A stretch of 53,335 nucleotides of DNA from a virus (Duplodnaviria; Caudoviricetes), in IMG/VR virus record IMGVR_UViG_3300032326_001284, positions 1-53,335 of that record; one strand, given 5' to 3'. Shown here piece after piece: positions 17,610 to 27,590 of this stretch (its first letter is position 1; the number at the start of each line of letters is the position of its first letter). The position numbers were made by a program, and so were the translations under genes. The notes beneath the pieces were generated by a model. It did not search any database. It saw only the letters and a list, made by a program, of their open reading frames with translations, and was not told the DNA's origin.

Positions 17610-18747
17610 TAAGTACCAAGAACTATTACAAGACATTTTGGATAATGGTGTTGTTAAAAGAGATAGAACTGGTACTGGAACTATTTCAGTATTCGGTAGA
17701 CAAATTCGCCATAAAATGTCACAAGGGTTTCCATTATTAACCACGAAGAAAATGGCATGGAAAACAATGGTGACTGAGTTGATATGGTTTCTAAGCGGGA
17801 GTACCAACATTAAGTACCTTGTTATGAATGGTTGTAATATCTGGAATGGTGATGCTTATAAAAATTACACCAAAGAGGTAAATGAAATCATTGATGGCTA
17901 TATGTGTGGAGACATAATAGGGATGGATAATGATACTGAAAAATTGTTTAGTGATTCTGATAAGTTAACACCATTGACTCAAGAAGAATTTATTGATTTA
18001 ATAAAAAAAGATGATGAGTTCGCCGAGGAATGGGGTGAGTTGGGCCCAATATATGGTGCACAATGGAGAAGCTGGCATACTAAAACATTATTCAAAACAA
18101 CAATAAAAGATCCATTAAGTGGAAATGACACATATGTTGAAGGCGAAAAAGTAATTGATCAAATTCAAAACCTAATGGATGAACTTAAAACAAATCCAGA
18201 TAGTAGAAGATTGATGGTGAGTGCATGGAATGTAGGTGACTTAGATCATATGATACTACCGCCATGCCACTATGGCTTTCAAGTTTATACAAGATTATTA
18301 AATGGAGAAGAGAGATGGGAATTATTAGAAAAGAAAGTTGGTAAAGAAAAATTTGATTTAATGGTTGAAGATATAATGCCATTCGGTGGTGGATTAAGCG
18401 AAGAGTTACAATCGTACAATATACCATCAAGAGCAATATCTTTGATGTGGAATCAAAGATCGGTTGATACATTCTTAGGATTACCATTTAACATAGCATC
18501 ATATGGTTTATTATTGATGATGATTGCTGACGAAATGAATATGGTTCCTGATGAACTAATTGGCAACCTAGGTGATGTTCATTTATATTCCAATCACGTT
18601 GACCAAGCAAAAGAGCAAATAAAAAGAGAACCATATGATTTACCAACAGTACACGTTATGGATGGTATATTTTCATTTGGTGATAAAGATGTTATATTAG
18701 AAAACTATCAATCACATCCATCAATAAAAGCCCCATTATCAAATTAA
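17593..18747 (+). CDS. thyA: Thymidylate synthase
   Basis: DRTGTGT, GPIYGAQWR, LPPCH, QRSVD.FLGLPFNIASY and HLYSNH motifs. Confidence 0.97.
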   Translation: MNTLDSKYQELLQDILDNGVVKRDRTGTGTISVFGRQIRHKMSQGFPLLTTKKMAWKTMVTELIWFLSGSTNIKYLVMNGCNIWNGDAYKNYTKEVNEIIDGYMCGDIIGMDNDTEKLFSDSDKLTPLTQEEFIDLIKKDDEFAEEWGELGPIYGAQWRSWHTKTLFKTTIKDPLSGNDTYVEGEKVIDQIQNLMDELKTNPDSRRLMVSAWNVGDLDHMILPPCHYGFQVYTRLLNGEERWELLEKKVGKEKFDLMVEDIMPFGGGLSEELQSYNIPSRAISLMWNQRSVDTFLGLPFNIASYGLLLMMIADEMNMVPDELIGNLGDVHLYSNHVDQAKEQIKREPYDLPTVHVMDGIFSFGDKDVILENYQSHPSIKAPLSN

Positions 18748-18748
18748 T

Positions 18749-19000
18749 ATGTTTATTCACATTACACCTGATGAATTGGAAGCAGAATTTAAAGAGTCTT
18801 GGAAACTTGGCTTCATAACTCAACCATCAATTGATTATGCAGATAATGCGATCTATGCTAATTTTGAGGGTAAGTTGGTAATTATCTTTAGGTTTAAAGA
18901 TTATGGTTGGATCAATGACAACAGATTCAACACATACAAAGTTACCGCCGGACCTGCGGGAATAACAATACAAATAATAAGAAATGAGAGAAACAATTAA
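18749..19000 (+). CDS. Hypothetical protein
   Basis: Coupled ORF. Confidence 0.6.
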   Translation: MFIHITPDELEAEFKESWKLGFITQPSIDYADNAIYANFEGKLVIIFRFKDYGWINDNRFNTYKVTAGPAGITIQIIRNERNN

Positions 19001-19529
19001 AATAGTTTTAATTTTTATAACCCTGATGTTATTGTTAGGTTTATCATGTGTTGGTCAGAATCAATTTTCTGATTACACCAACTATCTACGTAACAAATCA
19101 GAAGGTGATTACCTTTATGTAAAGGTTAAAAATAAAACAGAACAGATTTTAAATACGGATAGTGCTAAGTTAAATGCGTTTATCAGAGATTGGATGGGAG
19201 TTCGTTATCGATTAGGTGGAAGCACCAAGAGAGGTATTGATTGTTCTCAGTTCAGTAAGAAACTATACATGGTGGTTTATGGTAAAAGTTTGGGTAAAAA
19301 CTGTGCTGAACAGTGGGACCAAACAACCAGAGTCCTCAAAGATAGTTTAAAGACCTCCGACATAGTGTTCTTCAGAAGCAGACAAAGTCCTAGTGGTTGG
19401 CACTGTGGTATCTACATTGGGGACAACAAGTTCGTACACGCCGCAAATCGAGCCGATGGCGTGAAGATTAGTAGTTTAGATGAACCAAGATATAAACGAG
19501 CCTACAAGGGCTCTGGTAGGCTTAATTAA
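18984..19529 (+). CDS. NlpC/P60 (C40) peptidoglycan peptidase, exported
   Basis: Y..GG...GIDCS, HCGIY and FVHA motifs; N-terminal signal. Confidence 0.93.
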   Translation: MRETIKIVLIFITLMLLLGLSCVGQNQFSDYTNYLRNKSEGDYLYVKVKNKTEQILNTDSAKLNAFIRDWMGVRYRLGGSTKRGIDCSQFSKKLYMVVYGKSLGKNCAEQWDQTTRVLKDSLKTSDIVFFRSRQSPSGWHCGIYIGDNKFVHAANRADGVKISSLDEPRYKRAYKGSGRLN

Positions 19530-19657
19530 CGGCCCTGGCCCCTATATTTTTTAGGTTTTTGCGCTTTCGGACCGTAGTTCTTCTTAGCTTTTCCCTTACC
19601 TTTTTTACCAAAGCTAACTTTCATTGAACTAGCTGAGGAACCCTTTGCTTTTGCCAT
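19526..19657 (-). CDS. 43-aa highly basic protein
   Basis: MAKAKG...KKYRGQGR; TATTTATA upstream. Confidence 0.65.
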   Translation of the reverse strand: MAKAKGSSASSMKVSFGKKGKGKAKKNYGPKAQKPKKYRGQGR

Positions 19658-19753
19658 ATAATATTTTTTTATATAAATACATATTGTGTAATTTTTTTTA
19701 TTATATTTGTTCACAAATACTAACCGTTCACGGACCGTGAACACCTAAATAAA

Positions 19754-21712
19754 ATGAACATGAAAAAAGAGGTTCTAACCCAGAGGTTCAATTACGGAAT
19801 TATAACCCTTTATAAGGATTATTCTAATATATCGGAAAAACCGGCGGATCGTAAGTCATTGCATGAGATTGGACAAGTCTGTGGCTCAACTATAACGGAC
19901 ATTGATGACAATTATCAAATTAAATTCGTTGACGAAAATGATAGCTTAACCAAATTGAGACTTTCTTTTGAGGACAATCTTTTTGGCTTAACTCCAGAAA
20001 AAATTAGTAATAATCTTCTTTTGCATGGTAAAAAGTTTGGTAAAAAAAGAAACACCAAATATTTTTATAATGAAAACGAAAATGGTGAAGAGACCATTAA
20101 GTTTCATAGTAAACAAAGGTTATCTCACTTTACCACAAAGGATAGACAAATAAAACGTCATTACGGTAATCCGTTTTCGAGCATCTATGTACATCTTATT
20201 GAACGTTCAATTAAAATTGATGGTGATAAAATATGTGTAAGAGTTTATAGTCAATCAAAAACCAGAGAATTAAACTGCAAATATTTTAAAAGAAGAAAGA
20301 CAACTATCGGGTTTGTTTTTAATATAAAAACTGGGAACTTCATTACATATGATACATCTGGAGATTCAAAATCATTCAGACAAAATAACTTTAATCACTT
20401 ATTAAATGTTATTAAAAATGTTCTTGATAAATCAACAATTAATCATTTATCAATATCTGGAGATACAAGTGTATCTCGCACCGACGTTCTATTGAAAAAA
20501 GAATTAGATAACAATGAATTCAATAGTACATTATTTCATCTAATCGGCAAGCACCTAAACAATAGAGAAAACTATTCTTTCACTAAAGATTTGAAAAGCA
20601 CCCAACAAGCTGATCAACTTCTTGATTGGATCATGAAATTGTTTTTAGACATAAATAAAATCAAAGTACCTAATTTGTACAAAGCTTTGTTAATGGAGTG
20701 GTACCCAACAAAGCCATTCCTAAAAAAGAATGATAATAAATTAATAGTTTCAATTTTGGATAGACTAGGTTTGAAAACAAAGTCTATGATTAAATTAATG
20801 CATAAAGACAATTTTGATATTAAAAAAGTTTTATTGCTAGTAAAATATTTTGGTTACAAGGATATTTCAAAGTATCTATCAAACATTCATCCCGATTTTC
20901 TAGGTATGCACTGGAAACATGATTCGGTGTCATTTTCTAGTATAGAAACGTCATATCATTTTTTCCAAAAACCAAAAGAATATGATCTAACAACTAGAGA
21001 GAAAACAAATATCTTAAAGTTAATCAATCAGTTGTTTATAGATAATGGTAACACTGAATCACTCAATAAGGTTACCGGTAATTCTTTCAGACAATTTGAT
21101 GATCATTTTAATATGATCGCTAAAATAAGAAAGTACATTCCTGAAACAGAAATGCGAGCAACAACGCAAATGGAGTTTCATCATGAACACTTGGAGTTAT
21201 CAAAGATTGAGAGGACAATTAGAAAAGGTTATTCTATTCAATATACTTTTGAAAAACGTTTAATTGACACAATTGAGAAGGCGATATTAAATCATGTAAG
21301 TGATGATACATACTTTACAACAACGGCGTTCTATCCTGTTATTTTAAAAACAGACGCCGAGTACACTGAAGAAGGTGGACACATGCATCATTGTGTTGCG
21401 AGTTATGCGGATTCGGAAAATTCGTTAATTATTTCTCTTCGTGAGAATAGTTCAATTGGTGATGAAAGAGTGACTTGTGAGTATAGCACAAAAACCAAAG
21501 AGCTGATCCAAGCCAAATCTTTTTGTAATGCTAAGCCACCAGAAAGATTTGAAAATGTTATAGAAGAACTCACTAAAAGAATTGAAAAATTCAGAGGGTC
21601 TATTAAATCTACGGGTAAAGAAAAAATACCATTACTTATAAATGGTATTGAAGTAGCCCCTCCGCCGAAAGACGAGTTTACAGACTTGATGGATAGGCTA
21701 GCACTATTTTAA
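19754..21712 (+). CDS. PcfJ-like domain protein
   Basis: C-terminal EG..MHHCVASY...SLR...T.E...Q....N pattern. Confidence 0.75.
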   Translation: MNMKKEVLTQRFNYGIITLYKDYSNISEKPADRKSLHEIGQVCGSTITDIDDNYQIKFVDENDSLTKLRLSFEDNLFGLTPEKISNNLLLHGKKFGKKRNTKYFYNENENGEETIKFHSKQRLSHFTTKDRQIKRHYGNPFSSIYVHLIERSIKIDGDKICVRVYSQSKTRELNCKYFKRRKTTIGFVFNIKTGNFITYDTSGDSKSFRQNNFNHLLNVIKNVLDKSTINHLSISGDTSVSRTDVLLKKELDNNEFNSTLFHLIGKHLNNRENYSFTKDLKSTQQADQLLDWIMKLFLDINKIKVPNLYKALLMEWYPTKPFLKKNDNKLIVSILDRLGLKTKSMIKLMHKDNFDIKKVLLLVKYFGYKDISKYLSNIHPDFLGMHWKHDSVSFSSIETSYHFFQKPKEYDLTTREKTNILKLINQLFIDNGNTESLNKVTGNSFRQFDDHFNMIAKIRKYIPETEMRATTQMEFHHEHLELSKIERTIRKGYSIQYTFEKRLIDTIEKAILNHVSDDTYFTTTAFYPVILKTDAEYTEEGGHMHHCVASYADSENSLIISLRENSSIGDERVTCEYSTKTKELIQAKSFCNAKPPERFENVIEELTKRIEKFRGSIKSTGKEKIPLLINGIEVAPPPKDEFTDLMDRLALF

Positions 21713-21759
21713 CTACACAATATAAATAATTCCACCTATATTACTCAAAAGGTTTATAG

Positions 21760-23142
21760 ATGGAATTATTATATACTTACAATCAAGAAAAGATTGAACA
21801 AAAACATAACCTAAAATCTAATTGTGAGCTTAATTTATATAGTGATGGAGATTATTTACAATATACATCAAAATATGTTTTAGAGTACATTAGACTTGGT
21901 GATAAGAATATATTAACATTCGAACATAACTTAACTTTAAACAAAGTTAAAGGTGAGTTTAGTGTTGGATATAGGATTTTAAATAGTAAGAAAAATAAGT
22001 ATTCTATATATAAAACAACTAATAGAGTTTCAAAAAATAATTTTGACCTATTATTAGAATTAACACAAAGAGGTTTTTACACTGGCGAAAAACGTTTTAG
22101 TTTCTGGGGTGTCAAATATAAAAGAGCGTGTGTAGATATATATAAAATTTTCTCAGATCAATTAAGTATGCCAATCATTGTGGAGAAAGATTCCTATCTG
22201 AATCCATTATATGATATGTTTGTTGACTACATATTAAAAATCAAGAACATTAAAGCGCACGATAGTGTTTATTGGGACATCAGATACATCTTCCCCAAAA
22301 AGAAATGGTTAAAATTAAATGAGAACAAATTTGTGCCAGCCGTCTTGGATCAATACGGTATCAAAAGTAGATATCTTGTTGGGGCATTATCAACAAGATC
22401 AAAAGAGAATGAAAAGATTAATTTAAAATCATTAAGATTTATTTGTTCTTTATTTGGTAGCAACTATATTGATTATATAAAAGATTTTGACTGGAAAACC
22501 ATATCATCAGATGAGGTAAAGTATTCAACCCCATACACCTGTGAGAATGAGAGTGAAAAAAGAGCATTAGTTAATTCATTAAAAACCTATTCTGAAGCAG
22601 AACAAATAATTTTCAATGACAATATTTTAGTCATCATTCAAAAGCTTTTTATTTTAAAAAAGTTCTTATCTGATAATGGTCTGAATTTAAAAATAAAAGC
22701 CAGGTCTGCAAATGAATTGAATTCATTATACGAGCAATGGGAACTACATAAAAAACATATTAAGCTTGGATACAAAACAGCATACTATGTTCCAGAGGAC
22801 ATGGCAATAGAAATTCAGGAGCCAATTGAATACTCCGGATTAACATACAAACCAATGATGATCCTAAGTGAAGATCAATTTAAAATAGAAGGTCTGTTAA
22901 TGAAGAACTGCATGGCCAAACAATTCCCAATGGGTAGTTTATATTATCATATAGCAATTTCTTGTGGTAAAAAAAGAATCAATGTGCAGTATAGAAAGGG
23001 AGTGTTAAATCAAGCAAGAGGTAAAACCAATAAAGATATCTCAGCGGAGTTTGAGCCAGTAGTTGATATTTTATCAGAAAGAATGAAGAAATTTGCACAC
23101 ATCTCCCCAGTAAAAATAAAGTACGATTTCATAAATCGTTGA
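21760..23142 (+). CDS. PcfJ-like domain protein, divergent paralog
   Basis: EGLLMKNCMA...QARG..N; shares PKKKWLK.NENK-like segment with the upstream gene. Confidence 0.65.
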   Translation: MELLYTYNQEKIEQKHNLKSNCELNLYSDGDYLQYTSKYVLEYIRLGDKNILTFEHNLTLNKVKGEFSVGYRILNSKKNKYSIYKTTNRVSKNNFDLLLELTQRGFYTGEKRFSFWGVKYKRACVDIYKIFSDQLSMPIIVEKDSYLNPLYDMFVDYILKIKNIKAHDSVYWDIRYIFPKKKWLKLNENKFVPAVLDQYGIKSRYLVGALSTRSKENEKINLKSLRFICSLFGSNYIDYIKDFDWKTISSDEVKYSTPYTCENESEKRALVNSLKTYSEAEQIIFNDNILVIIQKLFILKKFLSDNGLNLKIKARSANELNSLYEQWELHKKHIKLGYKTAYYVPEDMAIEIQEPIEYSGLTYKPMMILSEDQFKIEGLLMKNCMAKQFPMGSLYYHIAISCGKKRINVQYRKGVLNQARGKTNKDISAEFEPVVDILSERMKKFAHISPVKIKYDFINR

Positions 23143-23379
23143 TAATCAATTAAAAATAATTTAAACTTTTTTTTGTGATTTCAAGAAAGTTTTATAATTT
23201 TATACCCAGAAAACAATAAAACTATGGGAACATTACAACACTATCGAGAAAAGTACAAAGATTATCAAAGAGAAAACACCTTTAAAGGTTGGTTATTGCA
23301 TATCAAATTAGTTTTGATATCATTATTAATCAATAAGGGTTGATTTTGTTTTTAAAAAAAAAACACATATATTAGATAT

Positions 23380-23544
23380 ATGCAAGAAAAAGAATCAAAA
23401 ACAAATACTCACTTTTGGATAAGTTTATTTAAAAGTGTTTTAAGAATTGGAGCTTGTTATTTTTTATTTAATGAACAATTTGGTAATGCCGCAATAACTT
23501 TTGGCCTAGCTGAAATATTGGGGATAGCTGAAGAAGTTTTCTAA
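23380..23544 (+). CDS. Small membrane protein (absent from the ORF track)
   Basis: MQEKESKTNTHFWISLFKS...AEILGIAEEVF, 54 aa. Confidence 0.55.
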   Translation: MQEKESKTNTHFWISLFKSVLRIGACYFLFNEQFGNAAITFGLAEILGIAEEVF

Positions 23545-23565
23545 ACCAATATAAAACTATGATTT

Positions 23566-23802
23566 ATGCCAAAAGAAAAATGCGTTGTATGTGGCGCTGA
23601 AACACAATACGAATTTGAAACACACATTGATTTTCGCACTGGTTACATTGAAGGCGTTGGCCAACATTGTTTAAAGTGTTTTAACATGGGTGAAAAAAAA
23701 GAAATGATTATAATTCCAGAAAGTTTTATAAAAAACTTTTCAAACGATATGGAATTGGGTAAAGAAGTTAGACGTTTTTATTATCAAAACTATAACGGGT
23801 AA
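23566..23802 (+). CDS. Zn-finger-like small protein
   Basis: CVVC...CLKC. Confidence 0.65.
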   Translation: MPKEKCVVCGAETQYEFETHIDFRTGYIEGVGQHCLKCFNMGEKKEMIIIPESFIKNFSNDMELGKEVRRFYYQNYNG

Positions 23803-23847
23803 CTATGAATTTTTATTTAATGCGAGCATTCGCACAAAAGGTAAAAC

Positions 23848-24147
23848 ATGAACTTAACAACAAGAAAACCAAACAGTCAAAACGTAGTAACGTTTCAGGA
23901 ACTAGAGTTTCAATTACATCCAATGGGGATGGGAAAACAATGTATAGTACAATACTCAAATGGTTACGGAGCTAGCATTGTGCAAGGGCCACACACATAT
24001 GGCGGTAAAGATGGTTTGTATGAACTTGCTGTCTTTGGTAAAGATGGTGAAATAACATATGACACCACGATCACAAATGATGTGCTTGGTTATCTCTCAG
24101 AAGCAGAGGTTGAAAAAACATTATTAGACATTAAAAACTTAGATTAA
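23848..24147 (+). CDS. Conserved phage hypothetical protein
   Basis: NGYGASIV..GLYELAV..DVLGYL pattern common in large phages. Confidence 0.7.
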   Translation: MNLTTRKPNSQNVVTFQELEFQLHPMGMGKQCIVQYSNGYGASIVQGPHTYGGKDGLYELAVFGKDGEITYDTTITNDVLGYLSEAEVEKTLLDIKNLD

Positions 24148-24440
24148 TGACAACTGAAACTAAACTTAGGGCAGGAATTACAATGTCCTTGCTGGGATTA
24201 ATAATGGTAACATTTGCATATCTTGAAAAGGATAGAGTTCACATTGAAACTGTTAAAGAATTAATGCTGACACGGGATAGTTTATCTGCCCAAAAAATGG
24301 TATCAGATAGTTTACATGATGAATTATTTATTTCAAAAGTTGATAACGGTAGACATGAGTTTACTAGAGATTTTTTCTTTGGTAAACATCCAAAACTACA
24401 ATTAGAATATGAAAATTATTTAAATCACGAAACAGAGTAA
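24147..24440 (+). CDS. Membrane-anchored hypothetical protein
   Basis: N-terminal transmembrane helix; coupled start. Confidence 0.6.
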   Translation: MTTETKLRAGITMSLLGLIMVTFAYLEKDRVHIETVKELMLTRDSLSAQKMVSDSLHDELFISKVDNGRHEFTRDFFFGKHPKLQLEYENYLNHETE

Positions 24441-24441
24441 A

Positions 24442-24765
24442 ATGAGTGAAAACATTAACGAATTTCATATTGGTAGCGGAGCATATATGAATATTCAAAC
24501 GAGTGCATTAGTAAGATTAAACGAAGAATTTGAAATTATTACAGAGGACGGCCCAGTAACATTAACTGTGGAAGTTAGTGCAGACTTCGCAAAAATTGAT
24601 AGGAAATATCACGAAATATTTTTTAACGTGTTGACATCAAAATACTTAAATAAAGTTTCATTTGGTGAGAATCCATTTTCTGAATGTAAACCAATGGTAA
24701 AAAGAAAGTGGTGGCAGTTTTGGAAATCAAAATATGTTGAACAACTTAAAAATCAACAACTATGA
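24442..24765 (+). CDS. Hypothetical protein
   Basis: ORF with KWWQFWK tail. Confidence 0.6.
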   Translation: MSENINEFHIGSGAYMNIQTSALVRLNEEFEIITEDGPVTLTVEVSADFAKIDRKYHEIFFNVLTSKYLNKVSFGENPFSECKPMVKRKWWQFWKSKYVEQLKNQQL

Positions 24766-24883
24766 AAATTCTAGCATTGTTTATGATTGCTTCGGCGCTT
24801 TGGACTGCGTTTGAAATTTATAGAGCACCCACAATGGATCAAACTGGGAGAATAACTAAACCTGGTAAAAAACTAAAAGACCT

Positions 24884-25156
24884 ATGGCAAAGGAAGAAAA
24901 AGTAACAAAGGATAATATTGTTGAGCACATGATCAATAAGCAACTTGAATATGTTGGAAAGACTATTGAAGAGGTTAGAGAAGATCCTAATTGGTTCACC
25001 AATAATACCTTGACAAAAGAACAGCATACCGAATGGAGGGAGTATTGTTTGAAGTTGATGAAGAAGCATTTGGTTAGAAAACATAGACTAGAATATGAGT
25101 TTGGTATGTTTGATTTAATGTATGGGTTAAAAGTAATTGAAGAGTCAAATGATTGA
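24884..25156 (+). CDS. Hypothetical protein
   Basis: ORF in operon. Confidence 0.6.
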   Translation: MAKEEKVTKDNIVEHMINKQLEYVGKTIEEVREDPNWFTNNTLTKEQHTEWREYCLKLMKKHLVRKHRLEYEFGMFDLMYGLKVIEESND

Positions 25157-25376
25157 TCTTATCGGGTACCTGGCTGCAGCAATAATACTAATATCCTTTG
25201 CGGTTAAGGATATAATTAAGTTACGTATTATTAATTCAATCGGCTCGGTTGTCTGGATTGTATACGGGACATTAATTAATAATCCCCCAACAATATTTGT
25301 CAATGTAGCGGTTTTAATGATCCACACTTGGTGGTTAATTAGAAATAAATTAAACAACAAGAATTATTTTAAATAA
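25149..25376 (+). CDS. YgjV-like small inner-membrane protein
   Basis: IGYLA..ISF...LRIINSIG...YG..I...P..VN pattern. Confidence 0.6.
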   Translation: MIDLIGYLAAAIILISFAVKDIIKLRIINSIGSVVWIVYGTLINNPPTIFVNVAVLMIHTWWLIRNKLNNKNYFK

Positions 25377-25427
25377 CATGGAAAAATACTATTTTTCTTG
25401 ATATATATGTATAGTAAAAATATACTA

Positions 25428-25832
25428 ATGCAAGAAGAATTTGTTCCCTATCACCAACACTTATTACTTAAATGTTGGGTAGCTAATCCACCGAAAGAGG
25501 TGGATGTTTTAAATAAGTGGTTTGTTAACCTGGTTGAAACCGTTGGTATGAAAGTAGTTGCTGGTCCAACCAGTGTTTACGTTTCTGATCCGGGTAACGA
25601 GGGGTTAACAGGTACTGTTACATTAGCGACGTCACATGCGTCTATACACATATGGGATCATTATGAAATACCAATGGTTCAATTTGACATCTACAGCTGT
25701 AAATGTTTCACGTTTGAACAAGTGATGGAATGTTTTATGCCATGGGGGGTAACAAGAGTTGAGTGGGTTATGATTGATAGAAATCAAAAACCAACAATAG
25801 CATCTGAAGGTGTTTGGGTTCCAAAAGATTAA
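25428..25832 (+). CDS. speD: S-adenosylmethionine decarboxylase proenzyme
   Basis: GLTG..LATSHASIH.W and FDIYSC motifs. Confidence 0.85.
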   Translation: MQEEFVPYHQHLLLKCWVANPPKEVDVLNKWFVNLVETVGMKVVAGPTSVYVSDPGNEGLTGTVTLATSHASIHIWDHYEIPMVQFDIYSCKCFTFEQVMECFMPWGVTRVEWVMIDRNQKPTIASEGVWVPKD

Positions 25833-26673
25833 TATGAGAAAAATATTGGGTATTTGTGGCGATAGTTTTATGTCATCGGACTTACCCGATAGGATAAATG
25901 GTGCGTATGGTAAACATTTTACCGAAATATTAGGTAAGATGTTAAATTGTGATGTTGTCACATATGCTAGAGGGGGTATAAGTAATCAATCAATAAGATT
26001 ACAAATTGATGAAATTATAAAACATAAACCACATCATATAATCATAGGAACAACCTCACCTGACAGAATTGAAATACCTATCGATGATTTAAGTGTGGTT
26101 AATTTATGGGACAAATGGTCTAATCATAAATTTAAACCATCAAACGGTCTTTATAATATCGTTTATGAGGGTTTTGAAAATCAATCATTATTACATGAGA
26201 ATTTTAAGAAAATAAAACCAACCATGTATAGTCAAAACCTTTCAGCTATTCTAGAAATTTTTGAAGAGCAGATATGGGTTTCATCTAAACACCATTTAAG
26301 TAAAGAGACATCGGATGCAGTAAGATTGTATTTTCAAAACCTATATGACATGGAATGGAAAAAACAACAAGATACTTGGATAATATCAGAGGGATTGTAT
26401 AAATTAAATTCATTGGGGTTAGATTTCAATGTTATTACACAACAACTCAATGATGATTATTTTACCCATTGTAAAGATAAAGTTATAGGTATACATGATA
26501 AATTAAATCCTTGGACATATTACGAACAAGATAGTGTTTGTCCTAACCCTTTTCATATTTCCGATGAGTCATCAATTAAATTGGCTGAATTGTGGTTTGA
26601 AAAATTAAAAGAAAAATTTATAAAAATAATATGACAACTTTAATTATAACATCCGAAGGTATTTGGGTTCCAA
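25797..26673 (+). repeat. 28-bp direct repeat pair (25797-25824 and 26646-26673)
   Basis: ATAGCATCTGAAGGTGTTTGGGTTCCAA versus ATAACATCCGAAGGTATTTGGGTTCCAA, 25/28 identical. Confidence 0.85.
25834..26634 (+). CDS. SGNH/GDSL-like hydrolase-fold protein
   Basis: GDSF, GG.SN and C-terminal His motifs. Confidence 0.6.
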   Translation: MRKILGICGDSFMSSDLPDRINGAYGKHFTEILGKMLNCDVVTYARGGISNQSIRLQIDEIIKHKPHHIIIGTTSPDRIEIPIDDLSVVNLWDKWSNHKFKPSNGLYNIVYEGFENQSLLHENFKKIKPTMYSQNLSAILEIFEEQIWVSSKHHLSKETSDAVRLYFQNLYDMEWKKQQDTWIISEGLYKLNSLGLDFNVITQQLNDDYFTHCKDKVIGIHDKLNPWTYYEQDSVCPNPFHISDESSIKLAELWFEKLKEKFIKII

Positions 26674-26685
26674 TTTACAGAAAAA

Positions 26686-27027
26686 ATGATTAAATTTATT
26701 AAAAATAAATTGGATATTCAGGAATTACATGTAATTTCATGGTTGTTAAAGGATATGTTTTGGTGTTTAAAACTTAATATGTTAGCAACAATCATGGTGA
26801 TTCCAACAGCATTTTTAACCATATATCTTTTAATAAAAGAAAAAGATAAAAGATTGTTGAATTTGACATTGTTCTCTTGGGTGTTCATGAATATAACATG
26901 GATGCTACATGAGATTTATGATACGCCAGAATGGCCAATAAGGGTGTTTATGTTATTGGGTATAGCAATGACAATAAGATTTGTAGCAAAGAGATTAAGA
27001 GATGAAGGTAATATTTTTAGACCATGA
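26686..27027 (+). CDS. Membrane protein
   Basis: About four hydrophobic segments. Confidence 0.65.
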   Translation: MIKFIKNKLDIQELHVISWLLKDMFWCLKLNMLATIMVIPTAFLTIYLLIKEKDKRLLNLTLFSWVFMNITWMLHEIYDTPEWPIRVFMLLGIAMTIRFVAKRLRDEGNIFRP

Positions 27028-27589
27028 TGGGGTTATTTGTTTATCCGGTGAATGGGGAGGTAGAGTTAAAAAACAACAAAAAGCGGGACGTAAATTAACA
27101 CAATCTGTGCTTAGTTTACCAGTTGACGCTAGATTTGATAATTTTAATAAGAAAGCAATTGATGTTTTAAATGAAATATTGGAAGAAACTAGTGCTGAAA
27201 TTGTTGTCTCATCTGATTGGAAAAGATGGGCCACTGTTGAGGAGATGGGTGAATATTATGAGTCACAGGGGATCAAAAAGAAACCCATAGCGTTTACTAA
27301 AAGTGTTAATGATTGCACTTGTTATAACGAACACACATTTGCATGGTCACCAAGATGGTTATCGGAACAAGAACGTTCAATTGAAATTAATCAATACTTG
27401 GTGGATCATCCAGAAATAACACACTGGGTTGCTGTTGACGATCTTAACATGGGTATTCCACAAACCCACGATACTTGGGGGGATATGGTAATGGATTGGG
27501 GTTTAACTAACTTTGTGCTAACACCTAAAGGTAGTGAGGGTATTAAACAAAGCGGTATTAAAGATGAAATTTTAAACTTACTAAAATAA
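27002..27589 (+). CDS. HAD domain protein, Swiss-Army-Knife RNA-repair type
   Basis: FLDHDGV, SSDWK, R..EI and VAVDD motifs. Confidence 0.8.
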   Translation: MKVIFLDHDGVICLSGEWGGRVKKQQKAGRKLTQSVLSLPVDARFDNFNKKAIDVLNEILEETSAEIVVSSDWKRWATVEEMGEYYESQGIKKKPIAFTKSVNDCTCYNEHTFAWSPRWLSEQERSIEINQYLVDHPEITHWVAVDDLNMGIPQTHDTWGDMVMDWGLTNFVLTPKGSEGIKQSGIKDEILNLLK

Positions 27590-27590
27590 T

